A stretch of 64,000 nt of DNA from an uncultured virus (IMG/VR IMGVR_UViG_3300008450_000021) (lineage: Duplodnaviria; Heunggongvirae; Uroviricota; Caudoviricetes). Of this stretch, positions 48,840-58,203 are shown in pieces. The stretch is taken from IMG/VR virus record IMGVR_UViG_3300008450_000021. The stretch is one strand, 5' to 3'. A program made the position numbers and the translations under genes. The notes under the pieces were generated by a model. It ran no database searches. It had not been told where the DNA came from and worked only from the letters and a program-made list of their open reading frames with translations. Position 1 is the stretch's first letter. Each line of letters starts with the position of its first letter.

Positions 48840-49690
48840 TTAATAGAATTTAACTCGTTAATTAATTGGTGGTACTGGAGTAAAGAGATGATATTTTCGT
48901 CCTTTACGTTTTGATTTTTATTAAGAGGCTGTAGTAAATTAATTACTTCAGTTAATTTAATTTGAGTTGTTTTGTCATCAACACTTTTAACTAGTTCTGT
49001 TAATTCTTTAGTAATTAAAGCATACTGAGTGTTAACAAATTCTTTTAATGCTGTTGTGTTGGTAATATTGTTGATGTATTCTTTTAATACTGTTTTTTGC
49101 TTATTATTCAGAGTAGAATATTTTTTGTTAAATCTTTCTAGCAATACTCTGTAAGCTAGTAAACGAGTACCTTTATCCATCTTAGCATATTCTTCAAGAA
49201 TACGGTCTTTAACCTGATCTTTATTTACTTCTTTACGTGTGATATGCTCCAGTAATGTTACTTTATTATCTATAATTTGATTAGGTTCAACAAACTCACT
49301 TGAGTTTTGAGCCTCTATTAAATTATACACAGCAGCATACTGTGAGTAGTGGTTGATTTTTGCTTTAAAAAATTCTTCTATATTGTAATGCTCGCGAATT
49401 TCTTTAATCAAATTATACTTTTCTTTACGTAAAGTAGATTTATTTAAACGCGATGATGCATTTAGAGTACTATTTATGAATATCTCCGCTTTACTTTCAG
49501 TAAGTGCTTTAGAGTTTACAAGAACTTGATACAATTTGTATTCTTTAGCTAATTCAGTTTTGTTAAAATATTTCTTAACTAAATCAATAGCTGCTGAGTC
49601 TTTGTTAGATATAGTATCGGATGCTATTTGTCTAACAAGTAGTTCAAATAATATGCCCGTGTTTTTAAATTTGTTGTGTTTAATTTTCAT
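48836..49690 (-). CDS. helical head-assembly protein downstream of portal
   Basis: KHNKFKNTGILFELLVRQI N-terminus; position immediately after portal. Confidence 0.65.
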   Translation of the reverse strand: MKIKHNKFKNTGILFELLVRQIASDTISNKDSAAIDLVKKYFNKTELAKEYKLYQVLVNSKALTESKAEIFINSTLNASSRLNKSTLRKEKYNLIKEIREHYNIEEFFKAKINHYSQYAAVYNLIEAQNSSEFVEPNQIIDNKVTLLEHITRKEVNKDQVKDRILEEYAKMDKGTRLLAYRVLLERFNKKYSTLNNKQKTVLKEYINNITNTTALKEFVNTQYALITKELTELVKSVDDKTTQIKLTEVINLLQPLNKNQNVKDENIISLLQYHQLINELNSIK

Positions 49691-49724
49691 AAAAAAGTGT
49701 ACACTATCTATAAATATGTAATAA

Positions 49725-51629
49725 TTATATGTCCTTAATATTTTCTTCAGATAATAAGTCAGAATCTAAATCAGGATTATATACTATATCTTTTCTTAAA
49801 TGATTCATAGATTCAAGTAAATGCTTATTCTTATGTAGTTCAGTTAATGCTAATGGAGAACCACCTTTAGGTGTACCACTATCCATATCATTACTAGGTT
49901 TATTAGCAGTATATAGAGTATTCATGCCTTTTTTACCTAATCTATCTTTACCTAATGGATCTTTCTGTGTGTTTATAATAGAAGATTTTTCTTTTGGACG
50001 ACCTATTGGTGCTTTTTCATCATATCCACCAGGTATGTTTTGTTGTGCTTCCATTCCTGTTCTACCACGACCATACAGTGCTGCTAAGTCATGAGGTGTT
50101 CCGTATGATTTACCTGATTTAGCTGGGTCATTACCCTCGTTTTCGATTTGGCCTAAACGGAATGTACGTTTTTTATCTTCCATTACTAAATCACGTAATT
50201 CATCATATTGATCTTCTGATAGTTTAAATACATTATCATAAATCCAATCAGACGGGATTAAATTAGTATCTAATAAGTCTTTAGCTAATGCAACTTTTTC
50301 TTTCCATATAGCTATTTTCTCTTGATCATATATGATTGAAGGAGTAGTTAATGATAATTCAAAATTACCTAATGATTCACCATCGTATCCTTGAACATAT
50401 AAATGAACTAATGCTATTTTATATAATTCGGATAATACAATACGTTGGATACGTTCTACTGTGCGAGCAAAACGAATATCTTCAGCTGCTAATGTTGCTT
50501 TACCTGTTAAATCTTTTTCAAATCCAAAAAACGCTTTAGGTACTTTAAGAGCAGCTAACATTTCATCACGTAAGAAATTTACGTCCTCAATAGCATTATA
50601 CTCTAATCCTTTAATAGTATCGATTTTAGTATTTGAATTAGTACCACGTTGAGGTATATAGAAATCCTCCATAACATTCATCATGTTATATTTAAGATTA
50701 TATTCACCTGTGTTTTGGTCAATATAAGGAGTTTTCTTCATTTTTTGCTTTAAACGCTCCATATAACCATCAACCTCATTTGGTGGCATATTTCCAATAT
50801 CAACGTAAAATACACGTTTTTCTGGGGCGCGAGTAATACGATGTAGTAACATCGCATCTTTCATTAAAATATATTGTTTATATGTTTTACGAGCTGGCTC
50901 TATGTATGATCTACCATATGGAAGATAGTTAGCATCTGCTAATAATCTAAAGTGAGCTATTTCGTAGTTTTCAAATTTAATCTTTCCCTCTCTATCGTTT
51001 ATACGGCTATTAATACCACCAGCAGCAATAACCATTGGATCTATCTTAAAGCATACATAATTAGGATTTTCAGGATCAGTTCCTTCTTCACGAACCATAT
51101 CATAAACTGATAATGGAGATACATTATATACTCCAAATTTTTCAGCTATGTCTAAGTGTAAATAAAAATCACCATACTTACACATATTTCTAATCCATAC
51201 CCATAAATTAAATTCAATATTTAAAATATCGTAGAATAAATTATACAATATGCGTTGAATATTTTCGTCTGAACTTCTAATTTGAATTATTTCTCCTGTT
51301 TCATTTTTTAATGTAGCTTCATCAGCTACAATATCAAGAGCAGAGGCTATGATTGATTCTGTATCCATTGCTTCATAATCAGTATATAACTGAATACGAA
51401 GTGTTTGGTAATTCATTGTAGGATTATAAGGCATATTAGCTCCATATCTATGGAGTTTAGTAAACCTATCAATCAGGGCATTTGTTTTTACGTTACCATA
51501 TGCTTGAATGCGGTCAACATCTGTTGTTTTTAGTTGTTTTCCGCCTACATTTCTAATGATAACATCAGTACTAAATAGACGTCTTAATTGCCCAAATAGT
51601 CCCGTGTTATTTATATTATTTTCTGCCAT
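49725..51629 (-). CDS. gp20: portal protein
   Basis: YGRSYIE, RITRAPEKRVFYVDIGNMP, EDFYIP.RG, ALKVPK motifs. Confidence 0.95.
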   Translation of the reverse strand: MAENNINNTGLFGQLRRLFSTDVIIRNVGGKQLKTTDVDRIQAYGNVKTNALIDRFTKLHRYGANMPYNPTMNYQTLRIQLYTDYEAMDTESIIASALDIVADEATLKNETGEIIQIRSSDENIQRILYNLFYDILNIEFNLWVWIRNMCKYGDFYLHLDIAEKFGVYNVSPLSVYDMVREEGTDPENPNYVCFKIDPMVIAAGGINSRINDREGKIKFENYEIAHFRLLADANYLPYGRSYIEPARKTYKQYILMKDAMLLHRITRAPEKRVFYVDIGNMPPNEVDGYMERLKQKMKKTPYIDQNTGEYNLKYNMMNVMEDFYIPQRGTNSNTKIDTIKGLEYNAIEDVNFLRDEMLAALKVPKAFFGFEKDLTGKATLAAEDIRFARTVERIQRIVLSELYKIALVHLYVQGYDGESLGNFELSLTTPSIIYDQEKIAIWKEKVALAKDLLDTNLIPSDWIYDNVFKLSEDQYDELRDLVMEDKKRTFRLGQIENEGNDPAKSGKSYGTPHDLAALYGRGRTGMEAQQNIPGGYDEKAPIGRPKEKSSIINTQKDPLGKDRLGKKGMNTLYTANKPSNDMDSGTPKGGSPLALTELHKNKHLLESMNHLRKDIVYNPDLDSDLLSEENIKDI

Positions 51630-51658
51630 TTTATATACTTAATATATTAATAAATATG

Positions 51659-53257
51659 TTAGCCTAATAACCAGCTAATATCTTCTACTCCACCAACACC
51701 ATTATCTAGTTGGTATGGATTTTGAAATCCCGGTTGCATGTTACTATACATTCCTGGGGTTTTAGTATTGCTTATATTTAAAACAGCTGCTCTAGTTAAA
51801 TCTAAACCTTGAGCGCTAAATTTTAGACCAGTGTCACGAACAAATAAACCAATACCTAATGCCATTGCCAAATCATCATTATATCCATTTTGCGCTTGTG
51901 CTTTACCATTTTGCCAAATAAACACACGTAGCTCTTCTAATAGACGTTTAGAGTGAAAAATAAACGATCTTTCTCTAATGTACGTCTCCATCTTTGAGAT
52001 GACAAGTGGTCTTGTACGAGTAGAGTTAGTAAAACCAGGAACTGTGTTATCGCTTTCCATTTTGGCCATCCATTTATCTATATTCATTTCACCATATGAT
52101 CTAGGTGAATAATATAGATTAGGATATCCTCGTTCTATAATTGTATTTACAACGTCCCATCCTATATTAGCGTTTTCTACTACGAGTAAAGCATTGTTGT
52201 ATTCACCTGCTATAGAAACTAATACATGACCAAATTCACGGGTACTAACCTGAGATTTGTATTCGGCTACTTGCTCACAATTTTCTAAATCAATAACATG
52301 GAATGTAGAATAGTCAGTTCCATCACCACGAGCAACGTCAGCACATACTATATAGTTTTTAGAGTAATTTGGATATTGCCATATCCATAAATCACCCCCC
52401 ATTAATCGTCTTTCTATAGGATCTTGAATATATGTTTGCTCGTAAAATCCTAAAATTTCTGATTCTATTACAGTATTACCTGATCCTAAAAAGTCACAAT
52501 CATATTCTTGAGCAAATTCACGAGGCGACATATTAGATCGTTCTCTTTGTTCCCATTCAGGGTCTACAGGGGCAACACGATCAGGGTGTAAATTCCATGG
52601 TAATTTAATTGCTTTAAAGTCGTTGTCACCAACTTCTGCTTCAGTATACATTCTATGAAACCAGTTACCTACACCATTAGGTGAAGATAAAGCTATAATA
52701 CCACCACCAGTAGCAATTGTAGGTTTAATACTCGTGTATATTTTATCAATACCCTCGATAAACGCAGCCTCATCCACTATTAGTAAAGATACTGCGTATG
52801 ATCGACCAGCATCGGATGCTGCTGATGTAGCTACGATTTGAGAGTTATTAGCTAATTTAAGTGATAATTTGTTATCGGAAATAGGTTTTTGATTACCTCT
52901 TAACCAACTAGGAAGATTGTTATACATAAACTGTACTTTTTCAACCATGCCTTTAGCGGTTTCTTGTTTAGTAGCGATACATAGTACTGTTTTATCTTTA
53001 TGGAATAACATAGTCCATAATGAATATCCAGCTACTAGAGTTGATATACCTAACTGGCGAGATTTATTGATGATAGTAAATCTATTATCTCGAATATCTT
53101 GTAATGTATCGGCCTGAAATGGATATAGGTGAAATAGTACTCGTCCTTTTACAGGATGGGTTATATAACAATATTTACGAAAAAAATGGATTGGATCAGT
53201 AGCACATTTAATGTATTCTTGCTTTATGATCTCCTTAATTTGTTGTTGATTACTCAT
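51659..53257 (-). CDS. terL: terminase large subunit
   Basis: KSRQLGIS Walker A, DEAAF Walker B, SSPNG, QEYDC.F, nuclease DVARG.G.D and DDL motifs. Confidence 0.96.
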   Translation of the reverse strand: MSNQQQIKEIIKQEYIKCATDPIHFFRKYCYITHPVKGRVLFHLYPFQADTLQDIRDNRFTIINKSRQLGISTLVAGYSLWTMLFHKDKTVLCIATKQETAKGMVEKVQFMYNNLPSWLRGNQKPISDNKLSLKLANNSQIVATSAASDAGRSYAVSLLIVDEAAFIEGIDKIYTSIKPTIATGGGIIALSSPNGVGNWFHRMYTEAEVGDNDFKAIKLPWNLHPDRVAPVDPEWEQRERSNMSPREFAQEYDCDFLGSGNTVIESEILGFYEQTYIQDPIERRLMGGDLWIWQYPNYSKNYIVCADVARGDGTDYSTFHVIDLENCEQVAEYKSQVSTREFGHVLVSIAGEYNNALLVVENANIGWDVVNTIIERGYPNLYYSPRSYGEMNIDKWMAKMESDNTVPGFTNSTRTRPLVISKMETYIRERSFIFHSKRLLEELRVFIWQNGKAQAQNGYNDDLAMALGIGLFVRDTGLKFSAQGLDLTRAAVLNISNTKTPGMYSNMQPGFQNPYQLDNGVGGVEDISWLLG

Positions 53258-53314
53258 ATACTACACAATGTGTTGTATATAAATATATAAGATTTATTAT
53301 CTCAAATAAGATAT

Positions 53315-53977
53315 TTATTTTACTACAAGTATTACAGTTAAAATAGCAGCAACAGCAGTTACGGCCTTAGTACTTAATTTTAAAAGCTTATTTTGAGTAT
53401 TTACTTTAGTATACTCTTTATTTAAAGTATTATACTTTACATCTTGTAAAGATATGATATTTTGTTGTGCTGTATCTTTTATTTGGAACGAGTGTATAGT
53501 ACTGTCTTTAATGACTATCTGTTGACCTAATACAGTGTTAATACTATCAGCATATGATAAATCTTGTCTATCACCATCACAATATAATAGATCACGAGCA
53601 GCACCTACTGCTGATTCCTTAGGTAAAGAAAATGCTGTTTTATCTTCAGTTGGGTATCTGTCTACAAAAAATTTATGTAATGTATCTGAATTAGATAAAT
53701 TAGGGTTATTTGCTTTTTTATTAGCTTCAGCTCTAGCTTTATTTCTTTCTTGGGCTAAATAAACTACTTGTTTTGCTAAAGCTGAGTCCTTTTTAGCTAA
53801 ACCAGCAATAATTAAATTTTGTTCGTCTACAATTATTTTTTCAGAATCAATTACTTTATTCAAGCTATCTATTGTTTGTTGAAATTTAGCGTCCGACGGA
53901 CCATTACAAACAGAATAAGTAGTAAGTAAAATACCTACTACTATTCCTATTAATAACCATATTAATTTATTTGTCAT
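53315..53977 (-). CDS. membrane protein with N- and C-terminal hydrophobic segments (spanin candidate)
   Basis: N-terminal hydrophobic stretch ending SVC, central coiled coils, C-terminal TM AVTAVAAILTVILVVK. Confidence 0.45.
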   Translation of the reverse strand: MTNKLIWLLIGIVVGILLTTYSVCNGPSDAKFQQTIDSLNKVIDSEKIIVDEQNLIIAGLAKKDSALAKQVVYLAQERNKARAEANKKANNPNLSNSDTLHKFFVDRYPTEDKTAFSLPKESAVGAARDLLYCDGDRQDLSYADSINTVLGQQIVIKDSTIHSFQIKDTAQQNIISLQDVKYNTLNKEYTKVNTQNKLLKLSTKAVTAVAAILTVILVVK

Positions 53978-54897
53978 TTTATTATATTTGCTAACTTTTG
54001 GAACCGTTCCATTATTTCATCTTCAGATGGAGCGTTTTTTTCTTGTTCTACTTTATTTCTAACGTATTCGTTTGAATCAATTATACTTTGAACACGTTGT
54101 TCAAGAGATGCTTTTAATTTAGTTAAACGTTCTACTTCGCTTGAACCTAATGATAAATCATCTCTACTTTTACCCATTTTTTTAGCTTGTGTTAATGCAC
54201 TTTTAGTTCTAGCTAAACGTTCTTTAAATTTAGAATAATCCATCCAAGCATTATAATCTTCATCTGATAATCCTCCTACTGATGGTCTGTCCATTGGTAG
54301 TTCTGGCATTTCTGGCTCTTCCTCTTCTTCAGGTTGAGGCATACCAGATGGGAAAAATTCACCTGTTCTTCCACCTATGAAAAAATCTTCCATACTGGGT
54401 GGTCCTGAGACTGTTTCAGGTTCACTAACTACTGTAGTCTCTCCCGTTTCATCATCCACTACTACTTCACCCATTTTAGCTATAACACCGGCATCTTTCA
54501 AACCATTCATTAACGCATTTGCTATTTGTGGACGAATAAAGTTAAATTGATCTTGGATATCTTTCTTTTCTACACCTGGATTCTCTTTAATGTAATTAAT
54601 AACATCAGCTACTGACACACCACTAATCATTTTAGTAGCATATGGTGTGGTATCAAATTCAGGATCAACAATTTGGTATCCTTTAGCTTTACGAGCCATT
54701 TCCGTTACTTTTTTATATTTTTGTTGAAAAGCAGAAGATTTTTCTGTATTATCATCAGGATCAATTACTGACGATAAACCTTTAGTGGCATCTGTTGGAT
54801 TTTTTAATGTATATAATCCTACTTCTGATATTACTTCTTTAACTACGGCACGAATTTGTTTCGGGGTCATGATGTTTGCGTTTATTTCTGTATACAT
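53974..54897 (-). CDS. hypothetical protein with scaffold-like C-terminal RFQKLANIIK
   Basis: 307 aa; last 10 residues nearly identical to the scaffold C-terminus; possible winged-helix in the middle. Confidence 0.7.
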   Translation of the reverse strand: MYTEINANIMTPKQIRAVVKEVISEVGLYTLKNPTDATKGLSSVIDPDDNTEKSSAFQQKYKKVTEMARKAKGYQIVDPEFDTTPYATKMISGVSVADVINYIKENPGVEKKDIQDQFNFIRPQIANALMNGLKDAGVIAKMGEVVVDDETGETTVVSEPETVSGPPSMEDFFIGGRTGEFFPSGMPQPEEEEEPEMPELPMDRPSVGGLSDEDYNAWMDYSKFKERLARTKSALTQAKKMGKSRDDLSLGSSEVERLTKLKASLEQRVQSIIDSNEYVRNKVEQEKNAPSEDEIMERFQKLANIIK

Positions 54898-54902
54898 AAA
54901 TA

Positions 54903-55427
54903 TTAGTTTATTTGGGAAAGTATTGAATTGATGCGTTCTTCTGTAGAACCTTTAATTTCTATTAATTTTTTAGGTGGATATTGTTGTAGTAAACCTTTTA
55001 TAACAAAATCAATTTTTTGACGATATTCTGCATCCGTTATGCGCACACCGTTGTCTTCAATATCAACGCCTTCAGGTGATACATAAATTATAACGTCATA
55101 ATCACCTCTAATTATTAAAAATGATTCAATTAATTTTATTTTATCTTCCCAACTAATTGACTTAGCACTCATAGTAAATGCACACACATCATATATTGTT
55201 CTGTCTGTCAATAAATCATCATGCATTAATTCTAAACTGCGTTCTGCCGCAAACACAAATTGTCCTTTAGTTGTTGAGTCGTCATTTAATAAGATTCCTT
55301 GATCACGTAAATATTTACTACGTTCTGTAGCTACATGATAATCTTTAAATTGTTCTAATTTGGCTAGCTCTTTAACTAAAGTGCTTTTGCCTACTGATAC
55401 TGTTCCTGCTAATCCTATTCGTGCCAT
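54903..55427 (-). CDS. P-loop nucleotide kinase (AAA_28/NadR-like)
   Basis: GTVSVGKST Walker A, DRT..D motif, EDNGVR lid. Confidence 0.8.
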   Translation of the reverse strand: MARIGLAGTVSVGKSTLVKELAKLEQFKDYHVATERSKYLRDQGILLNDDSTTKGQFVFAAERSLELMHDDLLTDRTIYDVCAFTMSAKSISWEDKIKLIESFLIIRGDYDVIIYVSPEGVDIEDNGVRITDAEYRQKIDFVIKGLLQQYPPKKLIEIKGSTEERINSILSQIN

Positions 55428-55433
55428 ATTTTT

Positions 55434-56117
55434 TTATATTTTAAATTTCCAAATAAATCCTCCTGCTGTTTTTTGTTTACCTTTACAGCAAGCCTGTATA
55501 TCTCCTTTTCCTATATATTTTTTAGCTTCAACAATTGAAGGCCATTCTTGAATAAAATCACCTTCTAAATTATATTGGTTAATTGGTTTACTATTAGCTA
55601 ATCTTACTCCTTTTATTATATTGTCTTTTTTTAATTTTATGTTATTTTTATGACTTTCAGATTTAAATTTTCCTATAGCTGATTTTCTCATTTTTTCTTT
55701 TGTTATCTCAGATGGAAACTTTCCTATCATTGATATTCTTTTTTTATTTTTAGTTTCATTAGAAACTATTTTTCCTTTATTAGATTTACTAATTTTATTT
55801 TTAGTTTCTTCTGATCGAGGTCCTGTTCCTCTGTCGTATAATTCACAAAACAATACTTGTTTCCAATCTCCATTTACTTGATCTAAATAATATTGTTTCC
55901 AATATATTTCTCTTTCATTTAATTGTTCTAAATTGCATTCTTCAATTATTTCAAATATGTGTTGTTCCCAACCATATTTTTGATATGAATTATATAGTTT
56001 AGAACCTATATGAGATTTACTTTTATGTTTATGTTGGTATTTTCTATTTTGTATATTAATAGATTGTCCTACATAAATTTTACCTTTAGGATTTGTTATT
56101 TTATATATTCCTGTCAT
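55434..56117 (-). CDS. GIY-YIG homing endonuclease with NUMOD3/NUMOD1 modules
   Basis: GIYKIT..KIYVGQS, repeated SEETK.K.S, C-terminal PINQY..G.FI.EW.SI..KTAGGFIW. Confidence 0.9.
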   Translation of the reverse strand: MTGIYKITNPKGKIYVGQSINIQNRKYQHKHKSKSHIGSKLYNSYQKYGWEQHIFEIIEECNLEQLNEREIYWKQYYLDQVNGDWKQVLFCELYDRGTGPRSEETKNKISKSNKGKIVSNETKNKKRISMIGKFPSEITKEKMRKSAIGKFKSESHKNNIKLKKDNIIKGVRLANSKPINQYNLEGDFIQEWPSIVEAKKYIGKGDIQACCKGKQKTAGGFIWKFKI

Positions 56118-56141
56118 ATGATAATAAATATATAGGAATAC

Positions 56142-56390
56142 CTATTTCCCGTTAGAAGGAGAAGTAAGTCCCAAAGCTCTAGCTCTCTGGTAGGAAACAT
56201 ATTTACCATTTGCTGGGTTTAAATATTTTTTATCTGTTTTATTGTCTTTAGTATTTTCTACAGTTCCTAAATACTCTTTAGGATAAGACGTAGTTGTTTC
56301 AATAGGTCCACTAGTGGATTTATTTAAATCATATTTCCAAACACAAGTAGTACCATCATCATTAATAAACGTTCTTGTAAATTGTTTCAT
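56142..56390 (-). CDS. hypothetical protein
   Basis: 82 aa; upstream TATCTTTAT motif and hairpin. Confidence 0.6.
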   Translation of the reverse strand: MKQFTRTFINDDGTTCVWKYDLNKSTSGPIETTTSYPKEYLGTVENTKDNKTDKKYLNPANGKYVSYQRARALGLTSPSNGK

Positions 56391-56429
56391 GTTATAAAGA
56401 TAAAAAAAGGGTCTTGACGACCCTAATTT

Positions 56430-56672
56430 TTAAACTCTTGCTCCTGTATTTTTACCTATAGCGGTTTTAAACCATGGTAATCCATTAGTATCACGTTTAC
56501 GGTCTATCCAATCCTCTTTTGAATATTGAATACCGTAGATATAATATTCTGCTAATTTCATGTTACCTTGAGGGATTAAGGCTGGGCCATCCCAGTTATG
56601 GAGCTTATTTACTCCTGTTGTGTCACTATAATGTAATATAGTACCGTCTTTCGTTCTAAAAGTTCTTGTCAT
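56430..56672 (-). CDS. hypothetical protein (LHxxDGPA motif)
   Basis: KLHNWDGPALI..EYYIYG motif seen in small viral repeat-type proteins. Confidence 0.65.
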   Translation of the reverse strand: MTRTFRTKDGTILHYSDTTGVNKLHNWDGPALIPQGNMKLAEYYIYGIQYSKEDWIDRKRDTNGLPWFKTAIGKNTGARV

Positions 56673-56713
56673 ATTTTTACTTTCTTTTTTCGAAAGTTAA
56701 TATTTCTTTTTCA

Positions 56714-57730
56714 CTAATCCAAGCCTGAAAGTTCGGTATCATCTTTCTTCAGATCTACCTCAATTTCTTTCATCGTGTCTGCTGCCCATTTCTTTTGAGC
56801 TGGGGTTAATTTATTATTAATGATGTTTTCTATAAATAGAAGGAAATTTTTATCGTCTAATTTATATACTTCAGCAAAGAATAATTCACGAACACGAGCA
56901 TCTTCTATATTACTTTGGTTATATAAGTTTGATAAAGCATCATAAATAAATTTACCATATTGAAAATCACGAGGTTCGTTTGATACTTTATCTACTTTAC
57001 CAACAATAGCTTTATTTTGTTCTTTATCAGTTCCAAATCCTTCTGTTCCTACTATTTCATATAATCCTTTTACTATCTCATGAAATAACATAGGAAAACA
57101 TATAGCTCTTGCTTTAATAACAAATCTATCTTCTTCTTCATCATACACCATTTCAGATGATCCACCACTAATATTTTGTTTTTGACCAAGAGCCGCTAAC
57201 ATCATAGCGATAGCATTCTCATCATCATATATACCAAAAACTAGTTTCATTATTTCGTTGTATTTTTCAACTAATTCCGGACTTAAATCATCTAAATGTT
57301 CTCTAAATAATAAGAAACCAAAAGTTCCACGTACTGATGCGCCTTGAGTGATACCGTTGATTATACGGCGTTTTTTCTCCATAGCTTCGGTATCAGTTGA
57401 TGGTATTTCGTCTATAGATATTTCATCTTCATCTTCATTTTGTTGAACTTGACCCATACTTACTATTTTAGCATCTATTTTTACATTAGCATAATCTAAA
57501 ATAGGGTAAGCTTCTCTAGCCATAATTTCAGCTATCATTGCTAATTCAATACGGTAATCAGATTCAGCCTCAATAATTTGACTTAGTAATTCCTGAGAAC
57601 GCATCATTGTTTGCATTAGATTTTTGTTACCTAACATAGCACGCAATGATTCACCTGACTTACCTTTTAAGGCAGCCATTGTTTCAGGGCTGAATATATC
57701 TTCGTATTCTACTTCTAATAAACGTTTCAT
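56714..57730 (-). CDS. hypothetical protein
   Basis: 338 aa; KRRIIN.ITQGA and FP.L.HE..KG motifs; short MKRLLE leader. Confidence 0.7.
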   Translation of the reverse strand: MKRLLEVEYEDIFSPETMAALKGKSGESLRAMLGNKNLMQTMMRSQELLSQIIEAESDYRIELAMIAEIMAREAYPILDYANVKIDAKIVSMGQVQQNEDEDEISIDEIPSTDTEAMEKKRRIINGITQGASVRGTFGFLLFREHLDDLSPELVEKYNEIMKLVFGIYDDENAIAMMLAALGQKQNISGGSSEMVYDEEEDRFVIKARAICFPMLFHEIVKGLYEIVGTEGFGTDKEQNKAIVGKVDKVSNEPRDFQYGKFIYDALSNLYNQSNIEDARVRELFFAEVYKLDDKNFLLFIENIINNKLTPAQKKWAADTMKEIEVDLKKDDTELSGLD

Positions 57731-58203
57731 TATTTTGTTTTTTTAGCTTTCATAAAACGAGCAGTAATCTTATCAATCATTTCCTCTTCCTTTAAATTTT
57801 TAGGAGCAGGTTTTACATCAGGATTACCAATTCTTCTACGTTTAGGTTCGTCTGGAGTCACTTTAGGTCTAGGTAAAACTGCTGGTTCACTTGGTGTAGT
57901 AGCTGGTTTAGGTTGATTTTCGTTTAGTTCTTTACGAATTATTTCACGAATAGCTTCGCGTAGTTGTTTAATTTTCATATTTTCTTTTAATTTAGTTCTA
58001 GGTAATTTCATTCCTGCTACCGCAAAATTTGATGGAATTAGGTTTAGGCGTTGCTCTAATGCATTATCAGGAGCAATGGCGCGTTTTTCAACCCATAACC
58101 ATTTAAGATATTGTGGATCAATTATCATTATATCAGATACTAATCGGTTTTTATATTTACCAAATGGTATTTTAGATGATAATGTTAAAGTAACAGGGAT
58201 CAT
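57730..58203 (-). CDS. protein with PFGKYK (exonuclease X C-terminal-like) domain fused to LREAIRE module
   Basis: IPFGKYK..V.D....DPQYLKWL followed by LKE-NMKIKQLREAIREIIRKELNE. Confidence 0.6.
   Translation of the reverse strand: MIPVTLTLSSKIPFGKYKNRLVSDIMIIDPQYLKWLWVEKRAIAPDNALEQRLNLIPSNFAVAGMKLPRTKLKENMKIKQLREAIREIIRKELNENQPKPATTPSEPAVLPRPKVTPDEPKRRRIGNPDVKPAPKNLKEEEMIDKITARFMKAKKTK

Noticed and set aside
43185..53257. Phage-encoded ribosomal protein bS21 near the head genes
   Set aside because: No ORF with bS21-like sequence found; the only missed small ORF (47599..47730) does not resemble it.
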